Notes under the pieces: generated by a model
Databases searched by the model: none
What the model saw: only the letters and a program-made list of their open reading frames with translations
Told to the model about the DNA's origin: nothing
Shown: piece by piece, positions 12,571 to 27,161 of the stretch
Layout: every line of letters starts with the position of its first letter
How positions within the stretch are numbered: the stretch's first letter is position 1
NCBI RefSeq assembly: GCF_009914755.1
Contig: NC_060933.1
Origin: the human T2T-CHM13v2.0 reference genome, Homo sapiens
DNA: 64,000 bases
Reading direction: 5' to 3' (one strand)
Program-made: the position numbers and the translations under genes

Positions 12571-13819
12571 GTCGCTGTCACACACCCCTGAGAGCGAGTG
12601 TCCAGCTGCTGCTCCTGTCTCTGTTGTTCCCCTGCCCTTCCTGCTCACCCCCTGTACTTTTCGGTGGCTCCGGCCACAGCCCTCCCTTTGTATTTGAACC
12701 CTTGGATCCAGCCATTCTGGAATCTTCTGAGTCTGGTGCAGATCCAGCCCCCTCAGTGGGAGACATCCTCAGGGGTAGATGGTGGCTTGAAGAAAGCCAG
12801 GTGGGCCCCACATGGTCCCCACAGTCAACCCGGCGGCTCACAGCTGATCGGCCATCCACCGTGTCTCCCCCTGCCATTTACACCGAAGGGTTGGGGTTCC
12901 TAACACACCCGGGTGGACGCGTGGCCTCCAGATGGTGCAGTTAATCCCGCTGGAAGCCGTAAATCAGCGAGATTGTCCCAGCTTCCCCTCCCCTCCTCCG
13001 TGCTGTCACCTCCAGAAGCTGGTGGGAGAAGCACCCCTCCAGCCCCGCCCTCCCGCCCCGGCCTTTGTTCCTGCTCAGTAGCCGGCAGGACGTGGCCCAG
13101 TCACGGTCTCCACGGCCCACGTTTGAATCTCAGCCCTGTCACTGCCTGGCACGGTGGCTTTGGCCAAGCACTTCATCTCCTGTTATCCTCAGTTTCCTCA
13201 TCCATGAAATAGGGTGGGTCACAGCACCTGCCTGGTCCTAAAGATGGGGGCTGCTGTGTGTGAGCGCTCCACCCTGGACCTGGCTCCCGGGGGGTCCTCG
13301 GATATGCTGCTGGTTATAACAAGTTCTTACTCTGGGCTAGGTGTTGTAATGCTTTAGCTCAGTGAATCCTCAAACAAGCACATTATGACCCTTTTATAGG
13401 TGGGGAAGCTCCCACTCCGAGAAGGGAAGTAAGTTGCCCAAGGCCACACAGCCAATTAGCAGAACTGGGATTAAATCAGGCAGGCCTGTGCAGCTCTAAA
13501 GACCTCGCTGTAACCCTAGGTTCCTGGCCCTCCCTACTGAGGCCCTCTGAGGCTCTCTACCAAACCAGCATCTGCAGTGACAGCATCGTTAGCCCTGCCT
13601 GGAGCCGTTGGGTTAATAGGTCCTTAATAAAGCCAGCAGAGGCGTCTGCAGCTTCGCAGGGCAGGGGCCGAGGGGCCAGGTGCAGCAGATGTGTCCTAAT
13701 GAAAATATCGGGGGGGGGGGGGAGGGGGAGGGGACCATGGGGTGAGCCGCCTGCTCACGTCTCCAGCTTCCTGACCTCTGTGGCTGAGTCACTGGAGGCC
13801 TCCAGGTGCAGGGGACAAT

Positions 13820-14030
13820 CAATTCCATCACTCATTCCATCTATGCTGGCTTGCTTCCTTTCATCCATTCACCCATCATCCATCCATCCATCCTTCCATT
13901 CCATCCATCCTCTCCCAGTGACTCATCCTCCCTCCCTGGCTTCCATGCATCCATCCATCCATGAATCCACTCACCCATTCCCTCCTTCCCTTCCTCCTTT
14001 CCTTCTCTCCTTCCTTCTGCCCATCTGTCC
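13820..14030. repeat. Degenerate (TCCA)n/(TCCT)n low-complexity tract
   Basis: Directly visible. Confidence 0.85.
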
Positions 14031-14284
14031 ACCCAGTGTTTACTGAGCACCCGTCTTGAGCCAAGCCTTATGTGACGTGCCCAGGTTCCTCCCTCTGAGG
14101 GACTCACATTCTCAAAAGGATGCAAAACAACTAAGCCCAAGTGCACAGGGCACTAGGAGAGGAGAGGGCGTCTCGGGGGCTCTGACACTGGGCTCTGCAC
14201 ACCTTCCTCAGCCAAGCTCGCCAGGTGACCTTGGGCAGATCACACTCCCTGGAGGCCACTCTCTTCTACCTGTTCAAAAAAGGG

Positions 14285-14942
<658 letters not shown>

Positions 14943-15429
14943 AAGGTGGTGCATTGTGGCATCTCCTGTTCTGTATTTCTACAATTCCAAGCAGGTGAGG
15001 AAGCATCCAACTAACTACTCCCCTGAGAACCCATTCCCACCCTGGGCCCTGGGATCTGCCTCCAACACCTGCAGGGTCCCCGGATTGAGGTCCAGGTCCA
15101 CTCTGACTGACCCAGACAAGCTGCAGTGGGACTAGCAGAGGTGGGGGCTGGGGCAGAGCACTGGACTCAGAAGCAGGAGACCAGGGGCGGGGCCTGGCTC
15201 TGTCCCATGATGTGTGACCCTGGGGAAATGGCATCCCAGAATTGTCCATCAGCTCAGATGAAATACCTTAAAGACTCAGGAAACGTCAGCTGCTGGGGGC
15301 ATTACTGTTATAATTATTGCTGTCATGTTGTTGCTACAAAAGAAGCTGCTTAGAGCCACTGGCTTTGGGAGACATCATTCATTCGGTGGTTACCATTTGT
15401 TCAACCACTCAGTAAAAGTTTATCACTGT

Positions 15430-16046
<617 letters not shown>

Positions 16047-16917
16047 TTATTATTGTGATCTGTGCCATGTGTTGGGCCCTGAGCCAAGTGCTGGGAAGAT
16101 ACTAGATAAGACTGGACCCTACCGTGCAGGGAGGGCAGTGAACAGGTGTCACCTTGATTGCCAGCTCCTCAGTTGATAGAGGCTGTGTTGAGGATTCTGA
16201 GACTACATCTGGGCTTACAGGAAGAGAGTGCTGTGATCAATTAGTAATGTCTGCCATGGACACAGGGAGAGGAGTCTATAGTAACGCATTTCCTGGCCTT
16301 AACACTAAAAATAGGCAGGATTTCAGACAGGAGACCCTTGTGACTGTGGTTGCCTGACACATGACCGGGGACAGCAAGTCATTGAGCTACTGCCTGCCTC
16401 ATTTTACCTGTTTGCAAGGCAGAGATGCCGACATGGGACTCATTGCATTTTTAGGAGCTAGAGCTGGACAGGCCAGCCTTCCTGTTTTAACCCAGGCTGC
16501 TCTGTACTGGAGTGAGGATCAAGTGTGAGATGCCTCTATATGGAAACACATAGCGCTCAGCAGATGCCTGGTGGGCAGCTGACCAGGAGCTGGAGCTGCG
16601 GTGAGAGCACAGGAGAGCTGGGCTTCCAGCTGCTCTGCCGTTGGCCCTGCTTGGGCCTCAGCTTCTCCATATGCTCAGTGGGTGCTTGGAGGGTGGAAGT
16701 GTTGTGGGGCCTCTGGAATCCACAGTCTTGTGATACCTGCAATGCTGAGACCTTGGATGGGGGGAGCAGAATGAAAGCGGGGCCCTGGAGGGGAGATGGT
16801 GGGAAGGAATGATCCAGTACCCCATATGGAAGCTAGGTGGGCAGAGGGAGCCGGGAGGATGTGGGAAAGGGTGAAGAGAGGCCACCGCTGCTGGATCTTC
16901 CCAAGGGCTGTCCAGCT

Positions 16918-16931
16918 CCATCAGGGGGCGC
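16918..16931 (+). promoter_or_regulatory. Candidate CTCF core motif
   Basis: CCATCAGGGGGCGC; one mismatch to CCNSNAGRKGGCRS; motif match only. Confidence 0.35.
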
Positions 16932-19900
16932 TTCCCTGTGCACCCCACATCCCAGGTGCTATCCCCAAGCAAGGAAGGGAGGGAAGAGGGTGGGCAATGT
17001 GGGGGCCCCAGAGAGTGTTGGAGGGGCTGAGACCCTGACAGGTGGGCACCTGGGTTCTGAAGAGGCCATGGCAGCAGTGACCCCTGGCCGCAAGGCTTGA
17101 ACCCAGGAGCAGCACGGGCTGGGGTAGAAGACGCAGGCCAAGCCCCAGTCCTCAGGGAGGAGCATGGCAGACCAGGGCAGCTCCCGGGGAGGCCAAAGTA
17201 ACCCTCAGACCCTGAAAACAGACTGGCCACGTCTCCCAGGTGGACGCAGTGGGTTCTCCACGAGCGTGACTTGGGGATTTAGGGCACTGAGACTGTGCTA
17301 CCCACCCTCCTTAAAAATCCCTCGTGGCTCCCAGTTGCCCTGAAGGGGAATCCCAAACTCTTCAGAGGCAGCACATGCTGGTGGTTGAGAGTTGGGAGCC
17401 TGAGTCCAAGTTCCAGCCTGGCCACTATCGGCTGTGTGACCACCGGCAACTCACCTAACCTCTCTGGGCCTCACCGGCTCATTGGAGGATGTGGTGAGAG
17501 AATGACTGAGATGAGCTTAGCACAGTGCTGGCCACACCGTCACTGTTCAATGCCAGGTGGCTGTGCTTACCACCACTGCTGGCTGTAACTGGCGGAGCAT
17601 GGCACAGAAGGTCCTGGCCACCTGAACCGCAGTCGGCCTCTCCTTTCTCATCGGCTCCAGCGCCACCCGCCGATGCCGCCCCAACACCAAGCTGCTCTCT
17701 GTTCCCTCAACACTCCCTGGTCTTTCTGTGTCACTGGGCCTTTGCTCCTGCTGTGCCCCCGCCAGGAATGCCCTTTCCCCTCCAGGCTACTTCCAGACTC
17801 TGTCGGTTGTCAGTTTTCGAGTGCCCTGGGAACCCCCTCACCCACAAGGAGTGACTCAGTGCCCTGCGTGCACCCAGAGCTTGGTGTGTGGCATCGGGTC
17901 TGTCTCCCGTCTGATTCTGCGACTTCTCAGGCGCGCATGTCATGGCCTATTCATTTTCTTGTCCTCGGTGCCCAGCGCCGCGCCTGTCACACGGTGGGTG
18001 CTCCGTAGAGTGGGCTGAAGGATGGAAGCAATCAATCCCCAACACGGTGGGCGTGCTCAGCTCAGGGACGGCAGATCGCTCTCCACTCCGGCTCTGTGTT
18101 CTCCTTCCTTAGCCTCAAGGAGAAACGGAACGCCGCAGCACTTCTCCGAGGATGCCGGCGGGAGACGCTTCGCTTCGATGAAATGCTCGGCCTCCGAGTT
18201 GGCGCTTTGCGTGAGGGATGGGGACATGGAGGCCCCACGAAGGATCAGCAAGGCCCCAGTGACCCCTTCCTCTCCTCGCCCCTCCCCTGCCTCTTATTCC
18301 TGCCCTGAGCAGGCATTGAGCTCCTGGGATTGGGCGAGGAAGGGAGAGCAAGGGGCAGGGGGTGGGTGGACAGCAGGTGCCCAGTCCTACAGGCGCTGCT
18401 GGGGTCAGGATGCCACTCTCACCACCCTGGGAGCTGTCTTCAGCACAGGGGCAGCTGTGGTGGGGGTAGTGTGCTCCATGACCAGCCCTGGCCAGGCCCT
18501 TGTCCCCACTGCTCTCCCTGGCTACCAGACCTCTCACTGTGAGGCAGCCAGGTCTCCCCGTCCTGGCAGAGGGAAGGCTGTTGCTCCCATCTGGCTCTGC
18601 TCCTGGCCATCTGCCCTCTGACCCCACCTGCCCCAGGCTGAGGTCCCCTGCAGGATGCTCGAGTTAAACAGAGTCCGAGGGAGTAGTGAGTCCAGCCCTC
18701 CCATTTGGCAGATGACAAAACTGAGGCCCAGGGAGGCAAAGAGACTTGTCAGAGGTCACACCAGGAACCCAGCATTCTGTCTATGGCTTGATGTCCTTCC
18801 AGAACAGGAGAAGACCTTGGCTTTGACCTTGAAGAAATAGCAAAACTTGGACCTTGAAGACAGGCGATTGCTATGACTAATTTGTGGCCAGGTGGTGTGA
18901 CCTTGGGTATGTTACCTAACCTCGCTGAGCCGCATGGTGCTGGTGAGGATTCGGTGAGATGACAACTGGTCAGGTCCTGGCAGGACTCCTGGCACATCCC
19001 TGACTCTCAATCAACAGGAGCTTTTGATATGGTTAGGAAGCAGGTAAGCCTCACCTTGAACAAATCCAACTGATGACGTTTGCTTTTATGCAGACATAGC
19101 AGTTCCCCCGACCTTTGTGCTGCTGTGGGAGGACAATGTGTGATGGAGAAGGGCCTGCTGCAGGTTTCTCTGGGTATAGTCAGGCAGGACCAGGCGTACA
19201 TCCTGCTCTGCCCCCAGAAGCTGTGATTCAAGAGAGGGGCTTGGTGTCTCTGGGCCTCATCTTGCCCAACTGCAAAATGGGAGCAATGGCACCTCCCTTT
19301 GCAGGCTGCTGTGCCCCTCAGTGAGATAACTTCGGGGTGCAGAGCCTGGTGAGCGCAGGCCTTACAGAAGTCCATCTTCCTCACCAACTAAGGACCCAGT
19401 TCCGGAGAAAGTGCTTGCCTGTGGTTGTGAGGTAAGCTAGGCAGACCTGTTCTCAGGGCCTGGGTTTCCTGGGGAGGGATGGGTTCTCAGAGCTCCTGGG
19501 CTGAGTGAGTGGAGTCCCCGCAGGAACAGGAAGCTCCGCCCGCCTGCAGCCCTGTCCACAGCTGGTCATCCCTTCCTCCCGACCTTGCTAGAAGCTCGGG
19601 ACCCACCGGGCCCTCCCGGCTGCTGCTGGGTGCCACGTGGCTGCCCTTTGCCGAGGAGGGGGTGGGGCGGGGGGTGTACATTTTCCAGGCGATGTTTTCC
19701 TAGCAGCTCTGAAAATTAATTGGCCTTTAATGTGGCATAGTATTTATTTTAATTAGCAGGAAATTGACCAATTTCTTAATAAGGGGCTTTGTGGAGGCTC
19801 TGTATTTGGGGCTGGCGGTGTGTGTGGTGGGGGAGGCGGTGATCAGACAAGAATGACACCCACAGCTCAAGAGGGGATTTTCAGGCACCACAGATGAGGT

Positions 19901-20172
19901 GGACAGAGTGATGAGACAGAGGGGAAGGGACTGGAGAAACATCAGGGGGCAGTGGGAGAAGAGGGCTCTGAGTCAGGGGACCTGCAGAGGGCCGGGGGAC
20001 ACGGCCACAGGCCTCCGTGGGATCTGACTTCCTGATCTCTGCCTTTGACCTTGGCCTGTTGGGGTCAAATCCCTGATCCCTGTGTCATGACTGTGCCTCC
20101 TCCCTCTAGCAACACGCCTTTCCCATTGGAGGAATTAACAGAGCAAATCAGTACCTGTGCAGGATTTCCTAA

Positions 20173-20532
<360 letters not shown>

Positions 20533-20976
20533 AGGCTGTATGTTTTCATTCTGACTCCATCATTCGTTCATTCACTCACTCACTCATTCAACAAACAAAC
20601 AATGGGCACCTACCCACCACGGGCCAGGCCTGCCTGGGCTCTGGGGTTCGATTATGAGTGCACAGACACACTGCCAGCCCTTGGAAGACTCACAGTCCAG
20701 GCAGAGAGGCAGACAGTGAAGACAGTGAAACATTGAGCTGGTTCATTGTCATTGCCCTCAGACCCTGAAGGAGAAGTACAGGATGTGTGCGAGAGTGGAA
20801 CAGGGCCCTGGGCTCCACCCGAGACTCAGGGCAGCCTCCCCTGAGACCACTATGTTTAAGGCCGACCTGAAGGATGAGTAGGGTTATCTGTGAGGCTCCA
20901 GCAAAACACAGCATCTCTCTGGGCCTCAGTTTCCCCATTGGTAAAATGGCATCACTCATCACAGCACACGTGCTTA

Positions 20977-21217
<241 letters not shown>

Positions 21218-22252
21218 TTACGGACCTTTATTGGGGCGGGTCCTGATGGGGAAATTACCCCCCGACGCCAACAACCTATAGCCCTCAGGGGACCTTCCTC
21301 ACCCCCACTCATTTCCTAAGGGTCTGACCCAGGAGCCTGGGTGCACACAGGGCTCATTCAAGTGAAGAGAAGAAGGGCGCTTACTCCTCTCCCACCCTGG
21401 ACCCTAAAGGGAGTGAGGCCCAGGGACCTCTCTGCAGCTCCAGCCTCCGGTAACCAGGGGAGAGTGGGCTGCCTGTGGTCCTCAGGCCTGGGGGCCTCAT
21501 GGAGCCTGTCCAGAATTCTCCAAAGACCTGCCTCAGCCACTGACCGGGGGAAGAAAGCATGGCTGCCCACCTCCAGCTGGCCAACGGCCTGCCAAGCCTC
21601 CTGGTCCAGCGACAGCCGGAGAGCTCCTCGGCCCTCTGCCTGGACTCAGGCCCACCATGTTCCTACCACGTTTATTTATTTGAAACTGTTTCTACAATGC
21701 TTTATCTGTGCCAGGCACCATTCTAAGTGCTTTAAGATATTTATCCTCTTTATGAAGTAAGTACTATTATGTCCTCATTTTACAGATGAGGAAACTGAGG
21801 CACAGAGAGGGCAAGGGACCAGCCCACTTCCCCGCAGGCTTTTGCTGCTGACTTTTGGGGATTTAATTCTCAACCTTCTTAGGTGTGTTCTGCCTCCCAC
21901 TCAGCAGGCTCCATCCAGCCCCTGGGCCTTTGCTCACAGGGGTTCCCTCTGCCCAGACACCAGTGAGGTGGATGCTGCCTGCGTAGGAGCTGGCACATAG
22001 ATGGTGGCATGGTAGATAGCGAAAGGACAAGGACCCTGGGACCGGCCATGCCTGGGATCTGCTGCAGGCAGCTGTGGGATCCGGGATAAGTGGCTTCATG
22101 TCTCTGTAGCCGCCCTTCTTCTGGAAAGTGGAGGTAAAACTTTATTCAAAAGACTGTCACAGGAATTGAACACGTGAACCTGTATAAAGTGCCAGACGCA
22201 GTGGCCGGCATGCAACTGTTCATTAATGAACATAAGAGTCTCTGCTCTTTAG

Positions 22253-22389
22253 AGCCAGATATGGTGACCCACACCTGTAATCCAGGCTACTCAGAAGGCT
22301 AAGGCAGGAGGATCCCTTGAGGCCTGGAGTTGGAGACCAGCTTGGGCAACATACAGAGACCCTATCTCTAAAAAAAATAAAATAAAATA
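22253..22389 (+). mobile_element. Monomeric Alu (FLAM-like)
   Basis: Single ~130-bp monomer with A tail. Confidence 0.85.
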
Positions 22390-22621
22390 GATTTTCTGCT
22401 TTTTCTCCCTAGCCTGTCCTCTTGCCCATCAAAGCCCAGCTCATCCCAGAAGACTTTGCCCCCTTTCCATGCAAAGTCCCCAGTTACAGGTGTCCCCAGA
22501 GCACCTTCTGTCTGTTTCACTCAGCTTGGTACCTGATCATATCCACACTGGCCCCTGGCCCCTGGGAACCCAGGCAGCTGGGAGCCCAGGCCAGAGGAAG
22601 GCAGAACCTGTGCTGGGGTTA

Positions 22622-23649
<1,028 letters not shown>

Positions 23650-24913
23650 GAGATCTGTCCTTTCAAATGATGTTCTGGTGGGAGATGGAGGGGAGCTAAC
23701 GTCAACTAAGTAACCAAATAAACAAACAAGATCATTGCTGAGTGTGAAGAATGGATGAAGCCAATGACCCCAGCGTAGGTGGGGAGACAGAGCTGGAAGC
23801 TGCAGTCAGATGCTGGGACTTTCTCCTCAGGTGGGTGGGAGTGGGAGCCACGGAGGGCTCTGAAGCAGGGGCGTGGTGAGACTGGCGGGCGGCGGGGGGG
23901 TTAGATGACACCTCTACTGCTGCATGGGGAACTGGAGTAGGAGGAAAGGCTGGGAGCTGAGGGAGCATCTGAACAAGACATGGTGGCTGGGGTCAGGCTG
24001 GGGGGGGTGGCGGTCATGGGGATCTGGAGAAGAGCGGGTTTGAAAGCTGTCTTAGAGGTCAAGGGACAGGAGTTGATGACGATGGTGAAGGCTGTGAAAG
24101 GTGAGGAAGAGGAAGAGATGAAGTCGAAATTTGCTTTCTAGACAGGACCTTGGGGTGACAATGGTGCCATTTGCCTGTGTGGGGAGGTTGAGGAGCTCAG
24201 CTTTCAGCCTGCCCAGTGTCCGGCGCCTGGGATGGTCTTAGCAGGAAGGCCCTGCAGCCACCGGTGGCCACAGCATCTGAGACCCCTCGGAGAGGTTGAG
24301 CCTGCCTTTGGGGCAGAACGGAGACACGACCTACAGCCATGGGTACCAGCTGCCTGAAGGCCTCATCTGATTCTGCATTTCCCAAAGCAGGGCTCGGGAC
24401 ATCCTTCCCTCTTAGTATTCTTGACTCATCCCGGAGCATCTGCAATGCCGAACATTCTAGAATCTTGAGGACTTTTCCTGCAGCTTTGAGAAGCCCCTCA
24501 ACGTCGCTGCCCTTGCCTCACACATTGCTCCCGTTGTGATCCGTGGATCACAGGCTCCGATTGCGAAGGGGAGAGTCTATTTCTCAGGGGAGGAATGGAC
24601 CCCTGGTTGGCTCAGCTCCATGTCCTCAGCTTTGGAAATCACCGTCGCTGTTGTCTCCTGCATGTTGGCTTCTCGGGAACGCCCCCACTCCTGGTCCTGT
24701 TGGAAGTGATGCTTGGGGTTGAGACTGTGGGGTCTTGAGCTGTGATCCCCACAGGCATAGCTTTGGGTGGGGAAGTCCCTGGGGCTCCCTTCTTCTCTTT
24801 GAGGACCCTCCCCCTCAGTGAGGGGCTCTATGTCTATTTTGTTCCTACCACTGGGGGCTCAGCAGAGACCCAGCTGGGCTCTGCCGCTGGGCCTTGCAGA
24901 CTGATGGAGAAAG

Positions 24914-24915
<2 letters not shown>

Positions 24916-24961
<46 letters not shown>

Positions 24962-24970
24962 TGGTGTGGG

Positions 24971-25018
<48 letters not shown>

Positions 25019-25024
25019 GGAGAG
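24916..25024. repeat. Compound (GT)n(GA)n microsatellite
   Basis: Directly visible. Confidence 0.98.
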
Positions 25025-26036
25025 CGCCCGCCTGAAACCTAATTGTCCGCTGTCTAATCCATCAGCCGGAGGACAGCTTGCCGGCCCCTCCCCGGCGGGC
25101 TGATAAATGCCGTCCAAGGCCCCCTGCGCCAGAGCTGCCTTAATTGGTATCAGGACGTGTCTGGACTCCGTCCACCAGGCCCCTGCCTTCATCCCCTTCT
25201 GCCACCTCCTCCTCCACCCCATTGGCCTCTAGCCCCTGGCAGGGCTCACCTGCCGCCCACCCCTGGGGAAGGTGCAGCAGCTGAGGCCACAGCCCCAGGG
25301 AGATGGTGTGACACCAACAACGACAGCTCCGTTTATGTGGGACCTACTGCTTGCCCAGCTATGCTGAAGAGCCCTCTGCCCACCCTCCCCCGTCCTCACA
25401 AAGCCCTGTGAGGTGGGGGAACCACCCTCCTTCCCCTTCCACCCATGCAGGAGGCGGCTCCTGAGCCCTCCACATTCCTGGCCCCAGGCTGGGTGCTGGG
25501 CATGCACAGGGACCAGGACAGATTCAGGGCCCACCTTTGCAGGGCGCTCCTCTATGACTGGCAGGAAGGGGCTCATTCCTAAATGGCCTGCTAGGGTTTA
25601 AGGGTGAGTGAGTGTTGACCCCTTGCCCATTTGGGGAAGTTCAGAGAAGTTTGGCAACCTGCCTAAGGTCACACAGCTAGAAAAGAAGGGAGAGCAAGCT
25701 GGCCTCTGAAACAACCACAACTGCTTTTCAATGCCAGCTGTGTCCAAATCACTCGAAGTGTGAGTTAGAAACCCAGGGACCCCTCTGGAATTCTGCTTTT
25801 GGGTCTGAGTGCCCCAGGGACCTGTGCGGGAATCACATTCTCTCCAGGTGAGCAGGCCACTCAGGAACCCTGTTGAGTCTCCACTGATGGATAGTGGAAA
25901 ATCAGGAAGGGGCTGAGTGGAGAGGGAATGGGATGACATTTCTTTCTTTCATTCATTCATTCATTCATTCATTCATTCATCCATCCATCCATCCATTCAG
26001 CAATTGCCTTGTGCTGGGCTTTGCTCTGGATGCTGG

Positions 26037-26196
26037 CAGGACTGGCTACGCGATTTGCCGGGCCCTGTGTAAAAGGAAAATTCGGGGCGGTAAAATTACA
26101 ATTATTGAGAATTTCAAGATGGTGACGACAGAACAGTCAGCCATGTACGGGGCCCTGGGTGACTGTGGAAGTGGCTCTCCCACAGAGCCAGCCCCG
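26037..26196 (-). mobile_element. MER45A-like hAT DNA transposon
   Basis: Ends caggactggct / agccagccccg; internal attattgagaatttcaagatggtgac matches recalled consensus. Confidence 0.8.
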
Positions 26197-26264
26197 CTGC
26201 CGGGGAGACCCTGCAGGGAGACAGCCAAACCAACGCGCCTGAGAGCCCCGATCCTCGTCTGGTC

Positions 26265-26600
26265 CCCATCCCCTAACTGGAATTCTGCAATTAACAAAAA
26301 GTCTGAAAAACCGAAGTCCTTTTGTTAAGATGGTGGTAAATTCATCTGGAGGCAAAACCTGACCTCAGCTGACAGGAAGCTATTTATAGTTTTATTTATT
26401 CCCCTTGATGTGAACATTTGTACATTTCACTGCAGAGCTATTAACATGTTTGATTATGGGGACTGCCCCAGCCCTGCTTAAGGTGTTACCTGATCTATGC
26501 TATAGGTATCGTTTTACACCTCTACACGGAACACACTGAGTCCCTAATGCCTCTGGCTCAGAGGCTTAGGAGAAGAAATCTGGACCCACATAGGACCTAT
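26265..26600. mobile_element. MER46C-like Tigger DNA transposon
   Basis: ggcaaaacctgacct..gctatttatagt..tttcactgcaga..tattaacatgtttgatta matches recalled consensus. Confidence 0.7.
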
Positions 26601-26863
26601 ACCAATATCTTGTATGGAATGATCACTGCGTACCTGTTTTTTTTTTTTTTTCTGTATCATCCAAAAAATGCATGGGGCAGGGTGAGGGTCTGTCAATGAC
26701 CCCCATACCTGGTCTGCCTGCCTCTTGGGTGGTGGAGACCTGCTTTGTGCTAGCAAGGGGACTCCTGAGAGGGCTGCGGGGGTGTCCCTCTCAGGGTCCA
26801 CTGGGATCTTTTATTTAGTATTAAGGAGATTGGGGGAGGTATGAGGCCAAGCAAGAGAACAGC

Positions 26864-27161
26864 TTTCTTTCTTTTTTTGAGAAGGAGTCTCGCTCTGTCA
26901 CCCAGGTAGGAGTGCAGTGGCGCGATCTCGGCTCACCGCAAGCTCCGCCTCCCAGATTCACGCCATTCTCCTGCCTCAATCTCCCGAGCAGCTGGGACCA
27001 CAGGGGCCCACCACTATGCCCGGCTAATTTTTTTGTATTTTTAGTAGAGATGGAGTTTCACCGTGTTAGCCAGGATGCTCTCGATCTTCTGACCTCATGA
27101 TCCGCCCGCCTCGGCCTCCCATAAGTGCTGGGATTACAGGCATGAGCCACCGCGCACAGCC
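26864..27161 (-). mobile_element. Alu (AluY-like)
   Basis: Y diagnostics caagctccgcc..ttcacgccattctc and ccgtgttagccaggatg; TSD agagaacagctttctt / agatagcagctttctt. Confidence 0.95.

Noticed and set aside
16140-16300. Possible MER91-like hAT fragment
   Set aside because: Resemblance to my recalled consensus too weak to call without RepeatMasker
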